From: Sphyrna mokarran
Taxonomy: Eukaryota
Assembly: GCA_024679065.1 (NCBI GenBank)
Contig: JAGIQG010000023.1
Location: 10,664,001 to 10,728,000, forward strand
Direction: 5' to 3'
Length of the DNA: 64,000 bases
Of the stretch, positions 50,674 through 64,000 are shown piece by piece. Made by a program: the position numbers and the translations under genes. Under the pieces are notes generated by a model, which did no database searches, was not told the origin of the DNA, and was given only the letters and a program-made list of their open reading frames with translations. Each line of letters starts with the position of its first letter. The first letter of the stretch is position 1.

Positions 50674-51235
50674 AAATTCGGGAGTAAAGGAAAATTGATT
50701 GTAAACTGTAAACTGCTCATCCACGTAATTGAAAAGTTGTCAGTAGAAAGTGTCGTTCACCTTGGTTACACTTTCAGTCTGGATACAAGAATTCGCTAAA
50801 TGGCAAGTGTCAAATTTCAGAAGGTGATCTAAAGAGTAGAAATTCTCCATTTCAATTTCTAAGTTGTGCCATCATTTATCTAGATCCTGGATATATTATG
50901 CTCTATAGGAAATCCAAGATTCACTTAGTGGGCAGCCGATGATTAAAATACGCCCTTGAGGATCCCTGGCAGAAAAGTGAAAAACAATGGCACTCGAGGG
51001 GTGGAAGGTTAAAACTCCCAGATACTCAGCTTGGGTATTTGAGAATGATTAGAAATGATTTGCTTCAATGGTTGTCATAATGTAGATACCAATGAGAAGT
51101 TAGTGAGGCTGCCTATTGATGTGAAACCCAAACTTCTTTGTGTTTCAACTGAAAATGCATATTTGATACAGGAAGGACATAAGCCCAATAAATATTGATG
51201 TGGATCACAGAAGAAGTTCATAAGGAGGACTTTGA

Positions 51236-51440
51236 AGAGTAGACAGGCATTGGACTGGAATGGACACAGCAAGAAGTCTCACAACACCAGGTTAAAATCC
51301 AACAGGTTTATTTGGTACCACAAGCTTTCAGGATGCTGCCTTTCCCAGTCACCTGATGATGGGCCAGCACTCTGAAAACTTGTGCTACGAAATAAACCTG
51401 TTGGACTTTCACCTGGTGTTGAGAGACTTTTTACTATGCC
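51236..51440. mobile_element. Foldback Penelope-like remnant (family P1)
   Basis: Arms AAGTCTCACAACACCAGGTTAAAATCCAACAGGTTTATTT and AAATAAACCTGTTGGACTTTCACCTGGTGTTGAGAGACTT. Confidence 0.72.
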
Positions 51441-51689
51441 AGTAAATAGATGAGAAATATATATAGCTCATTTAGGAATGTAGTACTAGTATTCTATGAT
51501 AAATGTTGCCTCTGGCAAGATACACAGCTCAGAAATGTTGTGTAGAGATCGTCTACACTCAAGAACACAGTCTCTTAGGAATAGTGCCTAAGCTTCTCAC
51601 AGCATTTCCACATTGCAGGAAAAGCTGAGATTAAGATCACCCATGTGGAAAATTACAGCACCAGCTTCTATCCCAGTTCACTGAGTTTG

Positions 51690-54312
51690 TCAACAATGGT
51701 AAACTCAATCCTTTCGACTTATGAATATCTGAGGGATAATGCTAAAACTGGGAGAGCTGTGTCACAGATTAATCAAGCAACAGCCTGACATAATCAAACA
51801 CATGGAACCATACCTTAAAATGACCCAGACACCATCATCACTATCCCTTGGCATGTCCTGTCCCACCAGCAGGGCAGTCTCAGCAGAGGTGGCAGCACAG
51901 TGTTATACAGTCGGGAGAGAGTTGTCTTGGAAATCATCAACATCAGTTCCGGATCCCATGAATTGTCATGGCCTCATATCAAACATAGACAAGAGAACCT
52001 CCTGCTGATTTACCAGGTACCATCCCTGCACCTCAGCTGGTGAATCAGTGCTCATCCATGTTATACACTTCTTGAAGGAGGAGTGTAGGTGGCAACAGTG
52101 CAGAATGTTCTTTGAGTGGAGGACTTGTCCAGCACAGACTGTGTTGGCCAAATCTTAAAGGACGTAACTGTGAGACTGGATTTGCGGCAGATGGTGTGGG
52201 AACCAAGAGGGAAATACATAGTTGGACTTATACTTGTGTGTCCACGGTAGTATTAATAGACATAATCACTGCACACTCCTTGTGGTGACAAATCCCATCT
52301 TCACATTGAGAATACTCTCCAATGAGTTGTGCGGCACTAACATCGTGCTAATTGGATAGATTTCGAACAGATCCAGCACCTCAAAACTGAGTAACCATGA
52401 CGCAATGTGAGCCATCAGCAGCAGCAGAATTGTACTCAACCACAATCTGCGCCACAAGGCTTGGCATATTCCCTATTCTATTACCTGGGAATCAACCCTG
52501 GTTCAATGTAGAGTGCAGGAGGACATGCGAAGAATAGCACCAAGCATACTCAAAAATGGTGTCAGCCTGATGAAGCAATAACACAAGACTACCTATATGT
52601 CAAACAGCAAAAGCTGCATGGCAAAGACAGGGCTAAGTGACTCCACAACCAATGAATCAGATCTAAGCTCTGTAGTCAGCCACATCTAGATGTGACATTT
52701 AGGTGGATAAACAAACAATTCACTGGAGAAGGCTCCACAAATATCTCCATCCTCAATGATGGGGAAATCCAGCACATCAGGGCAAAAGACACAGAGTTGA
52801 TGATCCAGATCAGTCTTCAGCTAATTCAATTAGCTCCATGTGATATCAAGAAACAGCTGAAGGCACCAGATATTGCAAAGGCTATGGGCCTGGCAAAAAT
52901 CCAGCGATGAAGATTTGAGCTCTAGAGTTTGTCACTCCCATAGAGTAGCTATTCCAGTATAGCTATAACACTGGCATCTACCCAGCAATATGAAAAATTG
53001 CCCAAATATGTCATCTACACAAAAAGCAAGACAAATCCAGTCTGGCCACATACCAACCCATCAATAGTGATGGAAGGAATCATCAACAATGCTATCAAAT
53101 GACAGTTGTTTCGCAAAAATCTGCTCTCTAGCATTCAGTTTAGGTTCTGCCAGAGTCAGAGTCACTCAGTTCCTGATCTCATTAGAGTCTTGATTCAAAT
53201 ATGGACAAAAGAGCTTAGCTCCATAGGTGAGGGAACAGTGACTGTCCTTGACTTCAGGGCAGTCTTTGATAGAGTATGGCATCAACAGTACTTCGAAAAA
53301 CTGGAGTCAGTGGGAGAACTCTCTGCTGTTGGAGTCATACCTGGCACAAAGGGAAAATAGTTGTGGTTATTGGAGGTCAATCATCTCAGTTCCAAGTATC
53401 ATTAGGAGCTCCTCAGAGTCACGCCTCAGCCCAATAATCTTCACTGGTCATCAATGACCTTCCTTCCATCATAAGGTCAGAAGTGGGGGATGTTCACTGA
53501 GGATTGCACAATGTTCAGCATCATTTGCCACTCTCAGATAATGAAGCAATCAATGTCCAAATGCAGCAAGGCCTGGACAATATCTAGGCTTGGCAAAAAA
53601 CATTCATGCCACACAAGTGCCAGGCAATGACCATTTTTAACAAGGGAGAATCTAACTGTTGCCCTTTGACATTCAATAGCATTACCATCACAGAATTCCC
53701 ATCACCAATATCCAGAGATTACTGTTAACCAGAAACTGAATTGGAATAGACACAAATATTGTGCCTACACGAGCAGGTCCGAGGCTAGGAGTCTTGCAGC
53801 AAGTAACTCACCTTCCAACTCCCCAATCAGGAGTGTGATGGCATACTCCCTGTTGCCTGGATGAGTGCAGTTTGAACAATAATCTAAAAGCTTGACATTG
53901 CCCTGCTGATTGGTATTACATTCACAAATATTCACTCCCTCCACCACTGACACACTGGCAGCAGTGTGTATCATCTACAAGATGCAGTGTAGGAAGGTTC
54001 CTTAGGCAGCAAATTCCAAACACACAACTACTACCATATGGAAAGACAAGAGTAGTGGACACATGGAAACACCATCTCCTGCAAGTTTCCCTCCAAGCCG
54101 CTCACTATCCTAACTTGGAAATGTATATTGCCACTCCTTCGCAGTCACTAGGTCAAAATTGTGGAACTCCCTCCCTAATGGTATTTTGGATGCACCTGCG
54201 CCACAGGAACTGCAGCAGCTCAAGGTGGCAGCTCATCACATTCTCATGAGCAATTAGGAATGAGCAATAAATGCTGGCCTAGCCAACAATGCCCACATCC
54301 ATGAATGAATAA
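51690..54312 (+). mobile_element. Old, heavily disrupted LINE of a second CR1/L2-superfamily family (endonuclease plus RT)
   Basis: KLGELCHRLIKQQPDII, KAMG, YQPI, QFRF..HSVPDLI, VLDFRAVFDRVWH remnants; ends CCCACATCCATGAATGAAT. Confidence 0.8.
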
Positions 54313-54530
54313 CTAAACTAAGTCACCTATTCATCCATTTTTGGCACACTAGAAAATCTTCACTGACGATTAGTGGAGCAGTGGTGATCTTAGTTATTTC
54401 GTTCTTCTATTAACTATGTACAGGACCACTGTTTATTTAACCATTATCTGATACCACTTTCCTTTTCACTGAAGATCTGATTGCTAGTTGTCAAGCTTCT
54501 TCTTTTAACTGAAACCTTTTAACATTCTCA

Positions 54531-54638
<108 letters not shown>

Positions 54639-55852
54639 CTAGGGATGGAGAAAACAAAACAGAGAAAAAAATTGACACAAGCTTCTATAAATTCAACAAA
54701 AGTTGGTAAACAAAAATCGTGGAAATTAGGTATATATTAGTTAGAAGGAAAGGTGACAAGATGAATTTTTTGTTAAGTGTTCAGTTCAGTTGAGTTTAGT
54801 TTCTGTTTACATTATGGTCATATGTCTAACATCAACCAGACAGGAGCTTGGAAAAATTTTCATTACTTATTTATGACCTCGAATTATCAGTCAACACAAA
54901 CCCATAACTTCAAAAAGAGTTCACCGAGCCTGTTTGACATTGCTAGACTTTGCTCAAATGTCACTGGAGTGAGTCGGTGCAGTGAGCACAGTTATCTCAG
55001 TCAAGGTCATACAACAGAGCCGAAAAGGATAGATAAATTTTCCACATTTTAAATTTCCATGGTGAACATTAACAGGGTTGCGGAACCTATAAAATAATTC
55101 CGTGATAAGGTATCCTACAAGAACATAATTTAATCGCAACTGCTGCAAGGTCACTCTTCTCTATTCGCCTTCCCCTTAATCACACTACCCACGTTGGATT
55201 TTAACAGTCTTGACAGCTATACAACCTGTAATAAGTTACTATGCAGTGCTGCGAACATTATACAACAAAAGCAATGCATTGGCAAACCGTCTCCTCCTGG
55301 GGGCACCATTAACCCACAGCTATTTAAAATACTGTCCTTTGCATTGGGATGACCATTTTTAATGAGTTCACATCTTCTTTAATGAAAATATATGAATGAA
55401 TGTTAAATATATTAATATCAGTAATTACAGTTCATGCAAGTACAGAAAGTTGAAATTAAACAAAATGACTTTCGCAGATTGAAATGTCATTACCTATCTT
55501 TCCACAACCCAAATTAATTTCCCCAATTACTACATTGTGAAATCTTTTCCAAAACCTTTAGTTATATTTTTTCAGGCTATTTTATCTCCCTGATCCAATT
55601 AAGGAAAGCTTTGTTGTGTCAGAAGTACATTATGCTCAGGTTCTAAAGAACCTGGACATTCGTTTTACCCCCACCACATTCTCTGGCAGCTAGAGAATGG
55701 TAAAGTCCAATTGGAGGGCAGGATAAGAACAAAGAGTATTATAGCGATAATGAAAGGATTTAGTACTCATTAAGGCTGAAAGTCATTTGATTACAGCCGT
55801 CTGGCAACAGAATCCCATGAAACTTCAGGTCGATATGGAAAGCTTCATTCCT

Positions 55853-56525
55853 CAGAGTCATTGAGATAAAAAACATGGAAACAGGCCCTTTGGCCCAACA
55901 TGCCCATGCTAACCAGGTTTACTAAAGTGAACTAGTCCCATTTGCATCTGTTTGGCCCCTATCCTCCAAAGCTTTCCTTTCCACGTACCTGTCCAAATAC
56001 CTTTAAATGTTAACCCCCCCCCCTCTACCACTGCCTCTGGCAGCTCATTCCACATACGCACCACGCTGTGTGTGAAAAAGATGCCCCTCAGATCCTTTTT
56101 AAATCTTTCCCTCTCACCTAAAACCTGTGCACTTTAGTTTTGCACTCCCCTGTCCTGGGGAAAAGGCCCAGGCTATTCACCTGATCTATGCCCTCATGAT
56201 TTTATAAACTTCTATAAAGGTCACACCTCATCTCCTACGTTCTAGGGAAAAAAGCACCAGTCTATCCAGCCTCTCATTATAATGCAAACCTTTCAGTTCC
56301 AGTAACATACTTGTAAATTTTTTTTGCAGTTTAATAGTATCCTTCTTATAGCACAATAACCAGAAATGTACAAAATATTCCAAATGTGGCCTTACCATTG
56401 TCTTGTAACATAATGTCCCAGCTCCTGTACTCAATGCTGTAACTGATGAAGGCAAGTGTGCCAGGTGCCTTCTTCACCACACTGTCTACTTGTGACATCA
56501 CTTTCAAGGAACTATATATCTGCAC
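55853..56525 (-). mobile_element. CR1-type LINE 3' fragment
   Basis: YKTMVRPHLEY and ERLDRLVLFSLERRR on the minus strand. Confidence 0.83.
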
Positions 56526-56850
56526 CTCTCTTCCATAGCTTTGGTTTAGGTACATTGCCCTCTAGACACTGGGACCTGAATCTGAAACCAGTACCTAGCT
56601 TGTGCTGTAAGGTCCCAATTCATGCACAATTGAACTGTTTGCACCCATTTCCTTGCAAATACAGCAGGCATATTACACAAACAGCACTTTGTGCAAACTG
56701 GCAACCTTGATCTGAGAAGCCACAAACAGCAAATTTCATTATGTCGCAATCCCTGCCTAGGAGTTAATGGAAGCATTGACCAAAGCTGAGAAACACTTCA
56801 CTTCCCAGCACTGATACCGTTTGTGTTTTTCCCCCTAAAGACAGACATGA

Positions 56851-57030
56851 ACAGGGAGAATCTAAAACAATCAGTTGATGACATTTCACAGTTCAGAGCA
56901 TTTTAGTAAGCTTACCAAATACCAACATAATTAAACTTGTTTCTACTCGACGTCAGTTGGATGACATTTTAGAAGCACAATTTGTATGGCATGAGCAAGA
57001 AGATTTTACAAAATAACTCAAATATACTGC
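56851..57030. repeat. Copy 1 of a diverged intronic duplication (partner 58331-58530)
   Basis: Shared blocks GAGAATCT, TCAGYTGATGACATTTCA, AGCATTTTA.TAAGCTTAC, CTACTCGAC..YAGTTGGATGACATTTTAGAA. Confidence 0.8.
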
Positions 57031-57254
57031 AATTAACAAATATTTTCAATGGGAGCATCACAGGAATAAAGTTATAATGATAAAATTGGCTAAACCACAG
57101 CTCAGAATTGTCTCTCTCATTTTGGGCAGTATAATATATAAGGCTTTTAAAGATATCATGTCAGGGATCAGATTGGAAGTTATTGTTGCAGGAAGAGGCT
57201 GAGTCTATTTCTACTGGAGTAGAAAGGGCTTGAGAATAATTAATTGGGATATTT

Positions 57255-57815
57255 AAAATTATACAGTTTGTATAGAACTTTGGTGAGGCCACAGCTAGAG
57301 TACTGTGTGCAGTTCTATTCGCTACATCACAGGAAGAATGTGATCGCACTGGATGGGTTGCAGAGGAGATTCCCAGGATGCTGCCTGGGATGGAACATTT
57401 TAGTTGTGAAAAAAGGTTGAATAGGCTTGGGTTGTTTTTGTTGGAGCAAAGACGACTGAAAGGCAACCTGATTAGGTGTGCAAGATTATGAAGGGCATGG
57501 ACAAAGCGGTTAGAGGGCAGCTGTTCCTCTTAGTTGTAGGGTCACTCATGAGGAGGCATAAATTCAAGGTGAGGGGCAGGAGGTTTGGGGAAAAACGTTT
57601 TGAGGGTGGCAATGGTCTGGAATGCACTGCCTGGGGAGGTGGTGGAAGTGGGTTGTCTCACATCCTGTAAAAAGTACCTGGATGAACACTTGGCACATCA
57701 TAACATTCAAGACTATGGGCCAAGTGCTGGTAAATGGGGTTAGGTGGGAGTTCAGGTGGTTCCATGTGTCAGTACAGACTCGATGGGCCTCTTCTACACT
57801 GTCTGATTCTATGAT
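57255..57815 (+). mobile_element. CR1-type LINE 3' fragment
   Basis: RTLVRPQLEYCVQF remnant and GATTCTATGAT tail. Confidence 0.82.
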
Positions 57816-57986
57816 AGTCTTTCTCTGTTCACTATTTCCTGTGATTGGGGACTTAATATATAGTATCTACTTAAAGGTGATTCAAAATTGAGCAGAAAAG
57901 AGAAGAGAAGCTAGGAGAAACTGTCAGAACAGGCAATGTTTTGGAGCAAGGGTACCCGATAATCAGAGCTTTGAGGCCTCAACTTA

Positions 57987-58154
<168 letters not shown>

Positions 58155-58330
58155 TCAAATAACTAAAACTGAGCTTCAACAAGCTTAAAAGGATTCAAAA
58201 GTGGACAGAGTTCAACTGAGTAAGCTCCAATGACTTCAAACAGATTTTCCATAATTATCAGATTAACATTTGCAAAACATAAGCTGCAATAGCAACAAGG
58301 GTAAAGCAACAAAGCAGGTACTCCAATGTG

Positions 58331-58530
58331 CAGTGAGAGAATCTGGAAGGATCAGCTGATGACATTTCATGGGTCACAGCATTTTATTAAGCTTACAAAG
58401 ATCAGCACTATTAAACTTACTACTCGACATTAGTTGGATGACATTTTAGAAACGCAAAGCATTCACATTAACTATACTTAAATGGCATAAGGTGAACAAA
58501 GAAGTTTTACATATAGTCAAAATATAATAC
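58331..58530. repeat. Copy 2 of the diverged intronic duplication
   Basis: Colinear with 56851-57030. Confidence 0.8.
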
Positions 58531-59445
58531 AGCGCAAACATGCATTTTAGACAAAAGCACAGATCGACTGCTAATGCCAACGTTTTTCTATTTGGAAACT
58601 TTCTGTACTTTAGGAATTGTTCAGATTAATCTATGCAAAATAGGGCTGCCTACGTTCCTGTAGTTTTATCAAGTTCCGTTAACTGATATAAAAACTCTGG
58701 AATCTGTTATCTTCTGTTAAAGGAATTCAGCCCAGTAAAACTAGCTGATTCATACACATTTATATTGCAATATATCTCCAATGTGACTAGCTGTCTGTTG
58801 AAATTGTGACATTAATTTAACATTAAAGCAAGCATTATTAACCACGCTATTAATCAAAAGGCTTGATTGATCATAACTTTTAATGCAGCTGCACATATGT
58901 AAATAATCCAGCAACAACCCATTTTTTTTTTTTTAAAAATTATACCAAAATTTTTGATTAGATGAAGCTTTTTCTTTCAAGATCAATCTCAGAGTTCCAT
59001 TATTCCGTGTTCCAGTACTGTATTGAAACTGAGCAGTTTTGTAATTTTCCACAATGTCTTCCCCCTCAGCTAGAACAGCAGAAAGTCTGGGCATCAGGCT
59101 GCTTTAGGAATTTGGCTGATGCCTAAATGTTGCTGGGATAAAACAGTGGCTTGTTCCTCCCCAACAGGAGATCTATCACTCACTACTGAAAAAAAAACTT
59201 AAGTGAACAGCTCAAACAACGTCCACCAAACGTACCCAGGGTGAACACAGGAGTCGTCTAAGTTGTCCTGTGCTGTATTGCATTAGAATCAGAGTTTACA
59301 GAATAACCATTATGAAACAGTCATAATTATTATTAATCTTAATATATTGATATAGAAAATCCTCACTAGTAGTTGCCCCACTTTGATATCATTTCATTTA
59401 AGTCAATTTAACCATTTCAATATACATCACCAATTTTGATTTTAC

Positions 59446-59753
59446 GTTGCTCAATCTCTGGTCCTGTTCTCTGATGAACATCGGGCTAGCTGCCACCACA
59501 GTCACAGAGGCCCAGGCCATAGGGAGAGAATTAGGTCTGAGACCTGGGAGCAGGAACGTAAGGCAGGGTCGGGGAGCTGCTGGTCACCAATTGTGTATTT
59601 CACGGAGAGTAACCCAGGTGGGGGAAATGAAGCGACTTCACCGCTTCTTCCGCGGACAGCTGTTTCTTCTGTGACATTCTAAGGGATGGGGGTTCAGCCC
59701 ACACAATTTGACAGAGGGAAGGTGGGACAGACCGGGGAAGCTGTGAGGGAGTT
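59446..59753 (-). other. Candidate cassette (poison) exon in an AHCYL1 intron
   Basis: GC-rich 308-nt block bounded by TTCTGTCTTTCACCCACAG and CAAC/GTAAAA; in-frame TGA at 59638-59640. Confidence 0.4.
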
Positions 59754-61331
59754 CTGTGGGTGAAAGACAGAAGCTTTGTAACTCAGAGTTTACTTAGATG
59801 ATTTTATGTAATCTAATTTCAAATGTATATAATTACTTTGTCAAATTCAGTGATTTGTTTTATTTTGCAAACTATTCCTGCGAGGAACGTACATTGCTAC
59901 ACACGTACATTTCTTGTCCAGATAAATCAATATCCAAAGAAACATAACTCTGGCTTTAACACTGAATCCTACAGGAACACATTATTCATATAAAATAGTT
60001 TCACTTCACATTACAACTTCCAGGAACACAATCAGAACTTTAAACAAGGATTTACTGTGAATAAAAATTTTTTGTTAATTACTATTACAATGTAATGTTA
60101 AAGTATATAAGTTATGCACATAATACATAAATGAACTGCAAGTTTCACAAAAGGTGTATGATACTTGAATTTAAACATTTTATCAGAATTATGACTCAAT
60201 ACTTGAAGTACCACAAGTTTCTGACAGATGCTGGTAAGATGCATTGAAGGAGGTTAGGCTTTATCATTGAAGGAATTTGACAAGAATGCTACGCTGTTAA
60301 GTCATTAGAGCAGGTGGAGAGCAGGAATGTGCAAAATCAGATTGTATACAATGACTTTTACATTGACCTTAAAAAGGTGCAGCAACATCTGATGTCTGTA
60401 TGTCTTGCCACACAACCCCAAGATAAATTTGCCTGCCTCATCAAGGTCAGTTACTGGAAAGATCAGTTTCTTTTAAAAAAAATGCAGATTCTCCCACATA
60501 CCAGTCTTAGCAAACTGAGTAAAAATCCCATACAGAAAATGCAAAAGCAGCTTTGTTTTTCAGCAACCACAGCTGACAAACAAACCAGTAATAGTTTTCC
60601 TGAAAGCTCAGAGATGGCAATACTTTATCAATAGTTTCAACCAAAAATCCTGAGGGCAGGATTTTCCACCCCTTCCACGGTGCGTTTTGTAGCAGCGGGA
60701 GCAGTGCACATGCACCAGCATCTTACAGTCCTGCCATCGTCAATAGGATATTCCACTGAACACACCCCTCACCACCAGGGAACCAGCCTGTATTCTGGCA
60801 GTAATTTTTTACACTAGTGTTGCACGCCATTTCTTGACTACTTTCTAGTTAGCGTTACCAAGAACATTCAATTTTCACTTTAATGGGCTGGGAGCTTGCT
60901 AAAAATAGGTCATCCCACCTATCAGTATTTTATTAAGATGCTTGAACTGAGCCAAACACCCTGGAACGCACTACAGACCAGTCACACTGCATTGAGAGAC
61001 CTGCAGTTTGCATTCAAAAGCCCCAGCTGAAGATTTCATTTTCATAGCCCTCATGCAATAAATCAGTGATCTGACATGGGATTTTCACACAAGTTTAAGC
61101 ATTGCAGCTAAAGCATAGCTAGAATCTATTGCTAAAGGCAAGCCTTGAGTTGCAAGTGCATTTCCAACATTAGTTGGATCAGTGCTGAAGATATCCATTG
61201 ACTTTTACCTCAGTAGGTTGGGCATGCTTGCAGGAGCATACTGGTGTAAACTGCATGCTAACTGCAGTTAGGGAATATATTTTCATTGCAACTGATAAGA
61301 ATCATTGGTCAAGATTCACATGACACAGATG

Positions 61332-61612
61332 TTCATAGAATGCCTACAGCACAGAAGGAGGCCATTTGGCCCATCATTCCTATACCGACAGCACTCCCAC
61401 GCAGGCCCTACCCTCGTAACACATGCATTTACCCAGCTAATTCCCTCTTGACACTAACGGGCAATTTTGCATGGCTAATCCACCTAACCCACACATTTTT
61501 GTAGTGTGGGAGGAAACCAGAGCACCCGGAGGAGAATGTGCAAAGTCCACAAAGAGTCACTCAAGGCCAGGATTGAACCCGAGTCCCCGGCACTGTGAGG
61601 AAGCAGTGCCAA
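61332..61612 (-). mobile_element. HE1-like SINE type A
   Basis: Reverse consensus match. Confidence 0.8.
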
Positions 61613-61864
61613 CAAGGTTCCATAACTTCAAGTCTCACATTAACATTTTTTTCTTCTCCGCAGCCATATGCTGAAGGCATTTCATGGTACCCCCAACATG
61701 GTGGGGGTGGGGGTGGGGTGGAAGGAAGAGAAAGAGGAGAGAACGAACATGGGAAAGTAAAGAATCAGAAACTAGTGGGAAGCTTAGTTATCCCAAATGG
61801 GCTACAGTCATGAGCCTAGTACATCTTTTGGTTCCATTCTAATATTATCAGTTCTTATTCTGCA

Positions 61865-62330
61865 ATAACAATGCACATTTTATTGCACTTTTAATTAGTA
61901 AAATTCCTCTGAGCATTTCATAGGGGTGTCATTAAAAATGTGACACTAAGCCACACAAAAAGGGAAGAGATGAATTTTAAGGAGCATGTTAAAAGGAGGA
62001 GACTTAGCAAGATAATGCCAAAGTTTAGGATCCAGTATCTGATAATCTCACTACCAATAGTAAAGCAACTAAATCGCAAATGGTCAAGAGGCCCAATTTG
62101 GAGCACTGACATCTCAGGAGGCTTGAAGAGGGAGAAAAAGAAGAGATTAGAGATAAGGGGAGGTGAGATCACAAAGGTCCAAAACAAGGGTGGAAATTTT
62201 AAAATCAAAGTATTGGAGTACTCGGTGTCAATTATGGTCAGCAAGCAGAGAAGTAATTGGTGAAGGGACTTGGTGAAAGTTAGGACACGCGCAGCAGAAT
62301 TTTGGATAACAAAGTTTACAAAGAACTGAA
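61865..62330 (-). mobile_element. Old L2-type LINE 3' fragment
   Basis: IQNSAARVLTFTK resembles the L2 ORF2 C-terminal motif; L2-like tail. Confidence 0.6.
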
Positions 62331-63346
62331 TGGTTTCCTTTGATAGGTTATTGGTAACATTCATACAATCATATTTGTTTCACTGTCAAAATGTAGGTTC
62401 AAAGTGAACTGATTTAAAATGGGTTACTCGAGGCAGTGGGAGGATGGAGGTGGAGGAATGACATCTGAGCGATTAAATTGAGATAGTTATTTTCAACAGT
62501 AATCAAAAGCTGGTTTCATGCAGTTACTTGGATCAATATGTATCACAACTAAAACTGCAGAACTGGAAATATTCTACTTCACACAAACGCAAGAAGACTT
62601 TTTTATTCCATACATACACATCTTTTATTTACAAACAATAGGTCATTTGGGTCAAGGTCATCAATGGGACACATAGGGCAGGACAATACATGGGTTTCCT
62701 ATAACCTATGAGTGCCCTAGAGCAAAAATAAAACGAAAAAGCAAATATTGCAGCAACTTTAAATATGTTTTATGCAACTGTAAACTTTCTCACCTTGAAG
62801 CATCGGAACCCGAAATGTTGCAATCATGAACCTCATCTTTCACATTTACTGCTCAACTTGCTGAGTAAGAGGAACCAGATGATCTGTTGCCACCAAATCC
62901 ACAATGATAAAAGCTTCATTATATCTGCCTCTGTACAACTTCCTACCAACATGTTCCATTTTACAGTCCACTGTGAATGTTTTGCTTTGATAAAAACTTG
63001 TTGCTTGATCTACAAATCTGAGAGATTTAGAGGTGATAATTCCAGCAGTGGGGGAAGTGGTTATCTCAGGTAGTTAGCTTGTGGTTCAGAACAACACCAA
63101 CAAGGTGGGTTTGGCTCCTAGAATAGTTTGCCTTTTTACAGGGCTCCTGAGTGTGGAAGGCAACAGCAAACCACAGCTTAAAGAAAGTGGACTATGCCTT
63201 GTTCTATGTTGGATAGACTGCAAAGGATAGAACTGGAATCTAATCTTTACACACTTAAAGACACACAAACATTTGCCTCCAAACACAATAATCACTAGTT
63301 TGGTCTATCTCCATACGTGGAGCACAAGATGAACTCCAATTATTAA

Positions 63347-63710
63347 AGTGGCATAGTAGTTAACACTACTGCCTCACAGCGCTATGGGTCCGGGTTCAAT
63401 TCCAGCCTTGGGTGACTATCTGTGTGGAGTTTGCAAGTTCTCCCCATATCCACATAGATTTCCTTCAGGTGCTGCACACTCCAAAGATGTGCAGGTTAGG
63501 TTGACCGGTCATGCTAAACTGTCTCTTAGTGTCAGGGGGCTTAGCAGGGTAAATACATGGGGTTATGGGGATAGGGCTAAACTGTCTCTTAGTGTCAGGG
63601 GCTTAGCAGGGTAAATACATGGGGTTATGGGGATAGGGCTGGACTGGGATTGTGATTGGTGCAGGCCCAATGGGCTGAATGTCCTCCTGCACTGCAGGCA
63701 TTATGATTAC
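63347..63710 (+). mobile_element. HE1-like SINE type A with internal 63-bp tandem duplication
   Basis: Units 63513-63575 and 63576-63637. Confidence 0.87.
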
Positions 63711-64000
63711 CCACTACCTGAATACAATTAAATGTATATTTAATATGACTCTCATATTGGGCAAACAGAAATTCTAAAGACTGTTTACTACCAAAGCTTG
63801 TAAGTTATTAATACTTGGTTTACTAATACACAAAAAAAAACTGGAATTGGCTCTATTGATAGTTCAGCAAAATTATCTTTTGAGGAGCTAAGCCACACAA
63901 ACCAAGATTGCAGTTTCAAACCCCAATTTCTTGCACGTCATTCATCTGAGTCAATACAAGAGTCCAGGTGTTAGAGTTTATCTCAATCCTCCTGATTAGG

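Noticed and set aside
56851-57030. C/D box snoRNA pair in consecutive introns
   Set aside because: UGAUGA lies on the strand opposite the host gene while the CUGA motifs lie on the host strand, so no strand has C then D boxes in order
59088-59123. GGCATCAG...CTGATGCC hairpin as a miRNA precursor
   Set aside because: Stem of only about 8-11 bp, too short and plausible by chance
59745-59760. METTL16-type SAM-sensing splice site at the candidate poison exon
   Set aside because: The acceptor reads CACAG/AACUC, not the UACAGARAA consensus, and no supporting hairpin was seen

Overview
Repeat-rich eukaryotic DNA, almost certainly from a shark or ray, judged from HE1/V-SINE-type SINEs, CR1/HER1-type LINEs, Rex1-type LINEs and Penelope-like remnants. 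It holds two convergent spliced genes, both with 5' ends outside the window. (1) On +, six phase-compatible exons (1250-21611) encode a type I membrane receptor with two CD300/pIgR-type V-set Ig domains, a short stalk, an uncharged TM and a tail with three ITIM-consensus motifs. (2) On -, the last 12 coding exons of AHCYL1/IRBIT (58102-34062) splice into one open 337-aa frame, probably followed by a long 3' UTR. Almost all long ORFs in the supplied track are LINE reverse-transcriptase fragments or SINE and microsatellite artefacts. The leads most worth checking are: the inhibitory receptor sitting where mammals have STRIP1; minimal hammerhead-ribozyme motifs in foldback Penelope-like remnants; a candidate poison exon in an AHCYL1 intron; a 30-bp intronic minisatellite encoding tandem ITIM-consensus motifs in the correct splice phase; and a CR1 LINE that seems to carry a captured SINE in its 3' UTR. 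Exon boundaries were read by hand from GT/AG sites and frame. Repeat boundaries are approximate, and family names come from recognition, not database searches.
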